Virus record (IMG/VR): IMGVR_UViG_3300045988_171772
Span: 32,001 to 96,000 of that record
Length of the DNA: 64,000 bases
Source: a virus
Direction: 5' to 3' (one strand)
Below, in pieces: positions 9,099 to 17,118 of the stretch (its first letter is position 1; every line of letters starts with the position of its first letter). Below the pieces are notes generated by a model. The model was given only the letters and a program-made list of their open reading frames with translations. It had not been told where the DNA came from and searched no databases. The translations under genes and the position numbers were made by a program.

Positions 9099-9256
9099 AT
9101 TAAAAATGATAAGAAATGGGAAGAAAAGAAAAAGAAAAAGAGTGGAAAGAGCTGAATCCGAATAATGTATATGCCAAAATGGAAGAGATGGAAGATCTCG
9201 TTGATAAAATGAGATCTGCTCTTTCCGACAAATATGCGCCCTGGATGGTATGCTAA
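9099..9256 (+). pseudogene. C-terminal remnant of a family B paralog, frameshifted in a poly-A tract
   Basis: IKNDKKWEEKKKKK in one frame, then KEWKELNPNNVYAKMEEMEDLVDKMRSALSDKYAPWMVC* in another; matches SENKWKKKYDEYK...FVDKYEPWI; no start codon or RBS. Confidence 0.5.
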
Positions 9257-9282
9257 CGTATACTCCCTATATGAAGAAATAT

Positions 9283-9307
9283 GTGTATATTATCTTCATA
9301 TAGGGAG
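9283..9307 (+). promoter_or_regulatory. TATATTAT-type promoter-like motif (inside a hairpin loop, weakest member)
   Basis: TGTGTATATTATCTTCATATAGGGA, 64 nt upstream of ATG 9371. Confidence 0.25.
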
Positions 9308-9370
9308 TGTATTTCTACCTAGCAAGAAGCAAATCATGTAAAGATATCATGTATCAGAAAGGAGTAAAGT

Positions 9371-10507
9371 ATGGAAACCAGAAGAAGTATGGAAATTAAA
9401 AGAATTCCTCTAAATACCAATATCGGGTTTCTTCCTATGAGTGAATTTCTCAAAGAGGAATCCGGGATTCGATATTATCAGAAACCTATCTTGTGTATTC
9501 TGGTAGATAAAGACCTATGTTCTCACAATAGAGTTTACATCGTCCTCAGAAACGGTGCATCGATTGCGTTTGAGTATGGGTATGATTCAGTAACCGTAAA
9601 GAATCCATACAAAGAACTGGGAGATTTCTTGAGTATCCATCCAAAGAATTCTACCTCTTTCGTAGGATACAACTTCGCTATCTATCGGGATCAAGAAATT
9701 ACGAAGGGACTTCTCGATATGGATTTCATCCGTAAGGCTATCTACAATCCCGAGAATTATCCAAATCTCATCAATAATCGTCCATATGAGATATTCCAAC
9801 CGAGTATATATACCGAGATCTCTTTCTCTGTGTCGGAAGAGATAGCCAATTATACGATCACTTCTGAATTGCATAGATTTTTCAGACTTAACTATCAGAA
9901 GAATGTCAATTTCTATTCGTCGAATTTCCAGGAAAATGAAATTACGTCCTTTGGAAATCATTTGTATTGCTATACGCAAAGTACCATCGTAACTACGGCA
10001 CAGAAACGGTATGTGAAATGCCCGATTTGTGGAAATAATGATCATACCAATAAATTCGTCATGCCTCTTCGTGGCTATACCTTCGGTTTGGTATATGCTT
10101 ATAGCATCCTTCCTACGGATGAAGAAGTCACTGATGAGATGGTGAAGACTGTTATGGCCAAATCCAATGAAGAGATATTTTCTTTGCTTTATCGGAATTC
10201 CCGTAACTTTATAGAGAATCATGAAAGCGATCATTTCTTTTCTGGTAATCCTACCGCAGGGTTTATTTGGAATGAGGATTTCATTCGGAAGATTTACTTT
10301 ACTTCCGATTTAGAACCATCTGATTCAAAACCTCTCATGGTATATACCAGGGAAGATCAGAAGAATCTTGTCGATAGGTTTATGAAACTCTATAACGGAG
10401 AAGAGCGTGTAATTCCCATCTATCTGGATGTCGAAACCACTTGGAATGGTAGTCATCTCTATCATTACACACTAACCCCGGACAATGAATTGCAGGATAA
10501 GGAGTAA
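9371..10507 (+). CDS. hypothetical protein (378 aa)
   Basis: AAAGGAG RBS; long ORF; CPICGNNDH possible half zinc-ribbon; no recognisable family. Confidence 0.8.
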   Translation: METRRSMEIKRIPLNTNIGFLPMSEFLKEESGIRYYQKPILCILVDKDLCSHNRVYIVLRNGASIAFEYGYDSVTVKNPYKELGDFLSIHPKNSTSFVGYNFAIYRDQEITKGLLDMDFIRKAIYNPENYPNLINNRPYEIFQPSIYTEISFSVSEEIANYTITSELHRFFRLNYQKNVNFYSSNFQENEITSFGNHLYCYTQSTIVTTAQKRYVKCPICGNNDHTNKFVMPLRGYTFGLVYAYSILPTDEEVTDEMVKTVMAKSNEEIFSLLYRNSRNFIENHESDHFFSGNPTAGFIWNEDFIRKIYFTSDLEPSDSKPLMVYTREDQKNLVDRFMKLYNGEERVIPIYLDVETTWNGSHLYHYTLTPDNELQDKE

Positions 10508-10575
10508 TCAAGGTATTCCATTATGAGGCGGGGATTACCAAAGTAACCGATTCTAGGAGAACCGTCTATAGTGGG

Positions 10576-10761
10576 ATGCGCGGGGAGAGATTCAAATTCA
10601 TTCTTGTCACCCTTCTGGAAGAAATGGATAAGAATCTCGGTATCTTGACTAGTATGGAGGATGCTGAGGAGATCTGTAATACAATCAAGAGTCAGAATGA
10701 TCTTGAAGATTTCCAATTCTATAAAATGGAATCCATGCATCGCAAAGATCTATCAGTATGA
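10576..10761 (+). CDS. hypothetical small protein (start uncertain; frame open from 10501)
   Basis: 61-aa ORF ending in an ATGATGA overlap with the next ORF; no good RBS at 10576. Confidence 0.4.
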   Translation: MRGERFKFILVTLLEEMDKNLGILTSMEDAEEICNTIKSQNDLEDFQFYKMESMHRKDLSV

Positions 10762-10811
10762 TGACAAAGAAGAGGATCGATTCGTTGCAATTTACACGGA
10801 GGAGAATGAAG

Positions 10812-11246
10812 ATGAATGATAAAGTGATTCACTTACAAGCGAGAATGTTTCATAGGAATAATACGTGCGCTCCTCCTTTGAAGGAGAGATTCTTGAAAAT
10901 GAGAGAGCCTTCTAAGAAGGAAGATACTCCCAAGAAAATCTTTCTCAACATTGATGGATATCGTCTGATCAATGTGGATGATATCTCCTAGGTCGGCATC
11001 GAGAAAGTAACAGCACTGGAATCCTGCAAAGATCTTGCAAAAATCACGGATCCCAATGAGAAGATTAGAGCGAAGATTGTGTATACAGTAAAGATCCGAT
11101 CTTCTAGCGGGTTCATTATCTGGTCTTCGGATATTGGTGACAAAGTAGAGATTACACATCTCTATTATAGGATTCATGAGATTCTTAAGAACTATGGAAT
11201 CTCTATCAATTACGTAGAGTTTGAACCCTCTGAGTTCAGACTGTAA
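10812..11246 (+). CDS. hypothetical protein with in-frame TAG at 10989-10991; tandem paralog of 11260..11520
   Basis: GGAGGA RBS 8 nt before ATG 10812; after the TAG the frame stays open for 84 codons to TAA 11244; FLNIDGYRLINVDDIS*VGIEKV aligns with FLDIRNRLTLNVNEILTIVIVKE of the next gene. Confidence 0.55.
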
Positions 11247-11259
11247 AAGGAGAATCTTT

Positions 11260-11520
11260 ATGCTGTTTAATCAGGAACATATGCCTTGTACAACGTTTCT
11301 CGACATTCGGAATCGACTCACCCTCAATGTAAATGAGATTCTGACCATCGTCATAGTGAAAGAGAGCGAGGATGAGTATTCCGTGCAGGCTCAAATGAAA
11401 ACCGGAGTTATCGTGAAACTTCATTCCGCTTTCGATTCATTGGAGAAAGCTGAAAACTTCTATGTTGAAGTCAAGAACGCTCTGTTTGATCTTGACACTG
11501 TCCGTATGATTGGTATCTAA
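11260..11520 (+). CDS. hypothetical protein (86 aa), tandem paralog of the preceding gene
   Basis: AAAGGAG RBS before ATG 11260 (the track ORF started earlier at a non-ATG codon). Confidence 0.7.
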   Translation: MLFNQEHMPCTTFLDIRNRLTLNVNEILTIVIVKESEDEYSVQAQMKTGVIVKLHSAFDSLEKAENFYVEVKNALFDLDTVRMIGI

Positions 11521-11530
11521 AAAGAGAAAA

Positions 11531-11586
11531 AGAAAGGTTGGATGATTTTCGTAGAGTTGTATACTCACGATTTATCCAACCTTTCT
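11531..11586. terminator. bidirectional stem-loop
   Basis: AGAAAGGTTGGAT...ATCCAACCTTTCT followed by T-run. Confidence 0.6.
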
Positions 11587-11599
11587 TTTTTGTATCACA

Positions 11600-12076
11600 T
11601 TAACTTACTCTTTTCCACATACAGCATACCAAATAGGGAGGTATGTTGTTATGTGCTTTGCCTCCACCGGTATAAGCTGTTGTTCCAACACTACCCTTCG
11701 GAGTCCCATCCCACAGTTTATACCAACTATCATATTTATTGTCAAAATCTTGTAGAAATCCGGCAGTTGTTTCAGAACCAGTCGAATCTAAAACCAAAGC
11801 AGATCCTCCCTTGCTAGGGTTATTATGTTGATGACTGGGAATGGTATTCACAGTCAGAGTTACTTTTTCTTCACCACCAGTAGTATTCACCTTGTAGCTA
11901 TTGGAATTACTCAATAGAAATACTCCATTGATCTGTGTCCAACTACCACCAAAAAGACTAGCAGGTGATGTGGTATTCATACTCTGGTAGATAGCTCCTA
12001 CAGGATAGAAGGATAACTTTGTCAATGCGGTATTGTCATCAAAGTATACACAGGAAGATCTTGTAGTGGATACCAC
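11600..12076 (-). CDS. tail-fibre tip / tail-collar-like protein, copy A (GTG start; the ATG found in copy B is mutated here)
   Basis: YPVGAIYQS..SPASLFGGSWTQI..GGEEKVTLTVNTIPSHQHN..GGGKAHNNIPPY is typical of phage tail-collar/fibre tips; 5' region about 75-80 percent identical to 14723.. Confidence 0.65.
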   Translation of the reverse strand: MVSTTRSSCVYFDDNTALTKLSFYPVGAIYQSMNTTSPASLFGGSWTQINGVFLLSNSNSYKVNTTGGEEKVTLTVNTIPSHQHNNPSKGGSALVLDSTGSETTAGFLQDFDNKYDSWYKLWDGTPKGSVGTTAYTGGGKAHNNIPPYLVCCMWKRVS

Positions 12077-12185
12077 ATAATTCCCACTACGATCTTTCAG
12101 TTTTCTCTTATAGGTAGCGATACTTCACCACCCAATACGATAACAGAGAGATGAAGTGATAGTTCCCCTACATATCTTCGTCTCC

Positions 12186-12216
12186 CCCTCTATTCTATAT
12201 CTATATTAATAAATTA
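12186..12216 (-). repeat. left copy of perfect 31-nt inverted repeat (IR31)
   Basis: Reverse complement equals TAATTTATTAATATAGATATAGAATAGAGGG at 14599-14629. Confidence 0.9.
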
Positions 12217-12444
12217 ATATAGTCCACTAAGTTTAAGAAATAAAACACAATACCCTGTACATAGACCTTCTCAACTATGTACAGGGTATTGTGCTAGGAC
12301 TGTATAAGAGCATCGCTCTTAATATAAGGTAGTTAATTTCATCTAGATAACGAAAGTAATTACCTTCGAATTTAAAATAATCACCCATATAGAGAGAAGA
12401 GATATTTCCCTCTATATGGGATTTTGATTTGGAGGTAAACCAAT

Positions 12445-12525
12445 ATGAACTTAGTTAAAAACACTTTTGAACCAAGATTCTCTACCAAGGAGAATATTGC
12501 CGACATCATATACTCAATACGATGA
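12445..12525 (+). CDS. possible 26-aa micro-ORF
   Basis: GGAGGT RBS 7 nt upstream of ATG; hairpin terminator 12537-12573 follows. Confidence 0.3.
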   Translation: MNLVKNTFEPRFSTKENIADIIYSIR

Positions 12526-12777
12526 TTGATGGTTTTGAGGTCTACCTCTTACTTAGAAGGTAGACCTTTCTTTTTGATTTTAAGATAACTATTAATCCCA
12601 TCGATAGAAATGTGGTAACCAAACCATATGGTCAAACTCTATCGATGGGATTAAAACGGAGGCTCTCTTCATGACAACAACAAACCCAGAGCAAGAAGAG
12701 AAAAAGAATCTCACATGCCATTTTGTATATGAAATTCTTTATATGAGTAGTAGTCTCTTTGATAATATCTTGATAAA

Positions 12778-12800
12778 TTTCTATATATTATATTCATAGA
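12778..12800 (+). promoter_or_regulatory. TCTATATATTAT promoter-like motif
   Basis: TTTCTATATATTATATTCATAGA; same core as 49418 and 51576. Confidence 0.4.
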
Positions 12801-12879
12801 GATGGAAGAAGTAAACTGTCTTTGTCTCTATGAAAGGAAATCCATTTTGTCAAGCATGTATCACGGAGGTATGACTACA

Positions 12880-13785
12880 ATGAAATTCGTAACGCATCCC
12901 ATTCGTATTAACCCGGTGAATCTTGGAGAGGATACTGGGAAGTTATTACCCTATCTCCACGCTCGTATCGTATCTATCTATACCAGGGGATATAAATCCC
13001 ATATTGATCTTCTGATTCAGATGAGTGATGGGAATTATATCTACATCAAACTCTATAGTGTCCTGAGAAAGGATAACTCTCTTACCAATACCAGAGATGG
13101 TGTTGGTACCAAACCTGCTTGGGGTCTCAAGTATGTCAAGAAGACTTCTATCGAAGGTTGTGTCCTGGATGTGATTCCTTCTTCGGAAGAGCTTAAGGGA
13201 TTCAAACGGTATTTCTGTATCCTTCCTCTCCGTATGGCTTACTATGAGACCAATAAGTCTCTCTTTATCTGCTCTCACAATTTCGTAGAGGGTATTGATA
13301 TGGATGCCAGAGGGATTCTCATCTACACAGATAAAGATATGGAGAGTGCACTCTTTCTCAATACCCACTTCTTTGCTCCTGAGAATCTCAATTCTCGGAT
13401 TCATCCTTATCGCACTCTTCTCTTCCATATCCATGAGTCTCATGACTTCTCTACCAAGTTGGCATACTCGGATGAGACCAATGCAGGTAGATTTGAAGTC
13501 TCGGATGCACCCATAGCCTTCCATGAAACTCTCTGGAATGGTGAGGATTATCAACTCTTCATCACCAGTCAGAAACCCGTCTCCATCTATAACGATGGAT
13601 ATCAGAATGGAGAACCTGAGAATGAAGATCTGGAAAAGAGAATCTATTCCACTTTTGAGAATATCGCAGAATCTGTTTCCAGCTCCTTCTCTGTCTATGC
13701 AACGTTTGCCTTCTCCTATGCCCGCGTCTATTTCCTTGACAATGGTGAGTACATTATCGTCAAGGAGCAAGATGTAACCCGTTAA
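12880..13785 (+). CDS. hypothetical protein (301 aa)
   Basis: GGAGGT RBS 9 nt before ATG 12880 (the track ORF starts at 12802 in the same frame); long ORF; terminator at 13812-13866. Confidence 0.75.
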   Translation: MKFVTHPIRINPVNLGEDTGKLLPYLHARIVSIYTRGYKSHIDLLIQMSDGNYIYIKLYSVLRKDNSLTNTRDGVGTKPAWGLKYVKKTSIEGCVLDVIPSSEELKGFKRYFCILPLRMAYYETNKSLFICSHNFVEGIDMDARGILIYTDKDMESALFLNTHFFAPENLNSRIHPYRTLLFHIHESHDFSTKLAYSDETNAGRFEVSDAPIAFHETLWNGEDYQLFITSQKPVSIYNDGYQNGEPENEDLEKRIYSTFENIAESVSSSFSVYATFAFSYARVYFLDNGEYIIVKEQDVTR

Positions 13786-13811
13786 GAATCTCTATCTCCT
13801 CTTGTGGAGGG

Positions 13812-13866
13812 AAAAAGAATGGATACCCGAGAGACATAAAGTATCTCAAAGGTATCCATTCTTTTT
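13812..13866 (+). terminator. stem-loop terminator
   Basis: AAAAAGAATGGATACC...GGTATCCATTCTTTTT. Confidence 0.6.
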
Positions 13867-13916
13867 TGTAAATTAGTATATACTATATAGATGACTACCA
13901 GTAAGGAGGTATACTT

Positions 13917-14372
13917 ATGTCCTACGAAGAAATTGCTGTCCGTTGCTTTCTCATCAAGTCGAAGAATGTATCTCCGATACATCCTGTCATATTTTCGGAT
14001 TCCTCTATATCTTACATATAGGGAATTCTTCCAATGTATTCATCAATAAGCAGATTCTGTGATATAGGAGGAATTTTTAGATGGTTCAGTGGAATAATTA
14101 TTTCTTTAATGAGAGTCATGTGAGCTTGTATTTACGTATGTCATTCTTCTGAGAAAGATGAGAATGGAAATGCTCTATTTGAAGTGACTGTTAAATTATC
14201 TGGGAACGATAATCTAGTCATCACAAAACCAATCTCCTATGAGAAAGCACTCGCGATAGCAAAAGATATCTCGCTCATGATTGACAAGGCGAGTCATCCA
14301 GAGATGTACTCCTATGATGGAGTACCAAGAATCTTTAAGCAACATCCTATGTGGCAATCTAATGAATATTGA
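13917..14372 (+). pseudogene. 152-codon reading frame interrupted by TAG (14019-14021) and TGA (14121-14123)
   Basis: AAGGAGG RBS before ATG 13917; all three segments share one frame; the last segment (track ORF 14184..14372, GTG) has no RBS of its own. Confidence 0.4.
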
Positions 14373-14598
14373 TTCCTCTTTTTGTATATTTACCCCAATT
14401 TCTCTATCGAATTACTCATATTATCATTTTCAAAATGTCAAATATATGCGACATTCTGTAAAACATACCAGACAAAATGTAAAACGAGATATGAGATTTT
14501 CAAAATTCTGGAAAATGGTATTTACTCTAAAAATTGGAGAAGAATTACTACCCACTATAGAAGAGATACTCATATAGAGATTCTTCTATAGTGGGTAG

Positions 14599-14629
14599 TA
14601 ATTTATTAATATAGATATAGAATAGAGGG
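14599..14629 (+). repeat. right copy of perfect 31-nt inverted repeat (IR31)
   Basis: TAATTTATTAATATAGATATAGAATAGAGGG; partner at 12186-12216. Confidence 0.9.
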
Positions 14630-14722
14630 AGAATACGATACTAGGTAGGGTATTAGAGATACTAGGGATATCTCTCTATCCTATCATTAGAGGAGTATCG
14701 TATTCTTATATAGACCATTGGG

Positions 14723-15227
14723 ATGATCTATATCGCTACTTATATTAGGAAATTGAAAGATCGTAGTGGGAATTATGTAGTACCTGATACTAGAGCATCT
14801 TGTGTCTACTTTGATGACAACACCTCTCTGTCTAAGTTGACCTTCTATCCAGTAGGGTCTATCTATCAGAGTGTCAATGAGACTTCACCTGCTTCTCTTT
14901 GGTGGAGATTGGGAGAGACAGTATGACAGATTTCTCATTGGTGGAGGTAAGACATATAAGATGGGAGAAAAGGATAGCTCCGCTACTGTATATATTGCTA
15001 CAGAAAACCTTCCTAATCATACACATATGATCGGTGACCCTGAGTGGAGACTGATGATCGGGGATGAACCTACTCTACCAAACAAAATCTGGGTTGATGC
15101 TGGATATGATCAAACTTCAGATAGATCCATTCCATTATATTATGAATGGAGAGATCAGTATACCTCTGGAGTAGGTGGTGGGGTCCATCATAATAATATA
15201 CCTCCGTATAGAGCTATTGCTATGTGA
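14723..15227 (+). pseudogene. tail-fibre tip / tail-collar-like protein, copy B, frameshifted (2 nt missing in a T-run at 14898-14900)
   Basis: ORFs 14723..14926 and 14871..15227 together match copy A; SPASL then FGGDWERQ lie in different frames; copy A has T5 (11951-11955) where B has T3. Confidence 0.6.
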
Positions 15228-15341
15228 ATTCGTAATGCATAATTCCTAAATATTCACTCTATGATTTCATAAAACTAATGAAGTCATAGAGTGACTTTAT
15301 TCTATCCTATACCTTATATACTGGAAAGGAGTATATAGAAA

Positions 15342-15788
15342 ATGAATATCGTCTTTGATAATGATAGCAACCCTAATGAAATCTATTCTATCTCAATTTA
15401 TGCTAATGATCCAGAGATCTATTATATCGATGATGCTAGATTCTATAGAATGGGATATAATACCCTCATTGGTTCTATGAATTTTCGTATAGATATAGAG
15501 AAAGCCATTGAGAAATTCAAGAAACCTGAGACATCTCCCTTTATCAACTATGCGTTTCATACAGAGAGACATCCCGAATATGCCCTCATTCCTATGATGT
15601 TTACCGCTATTCCCAATAATCCAGATGTACCTCCTTTATTCGGTATTACGTACAACGATGGAAGTATCTCTTTGGATCTAGCAAATGTATTATCTATGAT
15701 ACATACATCAGAGGATATTGAGAGATACAAAGAGGGATACTCCTCTGTCAGACTCCATTTCTCTACATTCTATCGTAAGATGGAATAA
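15342..15788 (+). CDS. hypothetical protein (148 aa)
   Basis: AAAGGAG RBS; clean ORF. Confidence 0.7.
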   Translation: MNIVFDNDSNPNEIYSISIYANDPEIYYIDDARFYRMGYNTLIGSMNFRIDIEKAIEKFKKPETSPFINYAFHTERHPEYALIPMMFTAIPNNPDVPPLFGITYNDGSISLDLANVLSMIHTSEDIERYKEGYSSVRLHFSTFYRKME

Positions 15789-15897
15789 AAGAATCATCTT
15801 AGATTCTAAAAATGATCGACTATAATAGTTTACTATTATAGAATACTATAAGAAGACACGAGGGGATAAGTAGATATCATATGGAGGTATACTACTT

Positions 15898-16164
15898 ATG
15901 CCTGATAAGCTTTTATCTCCTGAATATGGACTTAGCAATTCTAAACTGGAAGAATGTAATACTTCTCCTTCTGATGTAAGAAGTGGAAAGACATTCTATA
16001 GTGGAGATACTTCAGATAGATCTCCACAGAAAGGATATGTAAACTCGACTCTTGTGAGATATTATAACTCAAGCGTGAAAGCATTTACTGCCATGCCTGA
16101 ATATATAAATGTGAATTGCTGGCAAAGGTGTCCTAAATTCAATTCCAATAAGAAACTAGATTGA
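15898..16164 (+). CDS. hypothetical protein, tail-fibre-associated N-terminal-like motif
   Basis: GGAGGT RBS; SDVRSGKTFYSGDT resembles the D-V/I-x-x-G-K-T-A/F-Y motif seen at N-termini of Firmicute phage fibre proteins (from memory). Confidence 0.5.
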   Translation: MPDKLLSPEYGLSNSKLEECNTSPSDVRSGKTFYSGDTSDRSPQKGYVNSTLVRYYNSSVKAFTAMPEYINVNCWQRCPKFNSNKKLD

Positions 16165-16420
16165 TAAGAGATATCTTAGGATGCTAGAGGGTTTTCCTTG
16201 TCGTTTTCCCTTCTAGTAGTCTGACTGAGGGTATTTCTTTACTCCTTTCTTTCCATATGAGAGATATCATTACTTCTTGCCCCCACTTCCCTTGCTAAGA
16301 AGAATCATCTCTCATATGGATCTTTTTGTATAAAAAAGAAGGGATAAGGAATTTCCCCAATAATAAATAAACTCCTTATCCCGGTAAGTGCGAATATACT
16401 ATAGAGTAAAAGGTTGAGTA

Positions 16421-16696
16421 TTATGCGCTATATGGTTCCGTAAGTTTCCTAAAGCCAATATGTCTCTCACGAAGATATCTGACCATAGGATTTCTCTTAC
16501 ACATGCCATACAGAAGATACTCCTGCTTAGTATTGACAAGATATTCATGATCCTTGGAATTCGGGTCATATTGATTGGTGAAATGTCAAAGAGCGTAGTC
16601 TTCAGAATTTTCCAATCTTTCTTTTTGGATATCTAATGTCTGAATGTAGTCAAGTACATCCTTTATTTCAAGCAGTGGGTTCTGCATAAGTATCAT
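16421..16696 (-). CDS. hypothetical small protein with in-frame TGA at 16586-16588
   Basis: ATG 16696/16687, 36 codons, TGA, then 54 more open codons to TAA 16421-16423; hairpins flank both ends. Confidence 0.45.
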
Positions 16697-16802
16697 ACCT
16701 TTAGTCCCATATGGAATGTCCCCTAAGACTTCCATATGGGATTTTCTATAAGAATCTATCCTCACTTACCTATATAATATACAGAGATTTCTGAGATTCA
16801 AT

Positions 16803-16849
16803 AAACCCAGATAGATACTTATCTTCATTCTTAGTATCTATCTGGGTTT
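16803..16849. terminator. 17-bp-arm stem-loop
   Basis: AAACCCAGATAGATACT...AGTATCTATCTGGGTTT. Confidence 0.6.
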
Positions 16850-16854
16850 ATCTC

Positions 16855-17010
16855 TTATTTCTCTTTATCTTTCAATCTCTCAATGTTCCATACATGAGTA
16901 TGGGCGATCTTTACCAGGATTTCATATGCTTTTCTTTTATTGGGAGCGTCACATTCCACAATGGAGATGTCGCCATTCTTTTTCGTCACATACCCAATAT
17001 AATGTCGCAT
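16855..17010 (-). CDS. hypothetical small protein (51 aa)
   Basis: GGAGGA RBS 8 nt before ATG 17010; below the ORF-track length cutoff; MRHYIGYVTKKNGDISIVECDAPNKRKAYEILVKIAHTHVWNIERLKDKEK. Confidence 0.55.
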   Translation of the reverse strand: MRHYIGYVTKKNGDISIVECDAPNKRKAYEILVKIAHTHVWNIERLKDKEK

Positions 17011-17118
17011 AGGAAGAATCCTCCATTTCTATATGAGAGTAAAGATTTTTACCTCTCTGTATAAAAAAGAAAGGTAGGTATCTAGCTTTGATATACTAGA
17101 TACCTACCTTCTTAAGAC

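Noticed and set aside
14281-14591. Track ORFs 14281..14577 and 14382..14591 as genes
   Set aside because: They overlap each other in different frames, have no RBS, contain odd composition and cross repeats and a hairpin. I treated the region as non-coding.
11600-15227. A Mu G-segment / shufflon-type programmed inversion system, or a DGR acting on the tip genes
   Set aside because: No invertase, tyrosine recombinase or reverse transcriptase motif is present in the window. The variable 3' ends lie outside the IRs, not inside. There is no TR/VR-like repeat with A-specific mismatches. Only the inverted-duplication architecture itself is reported.
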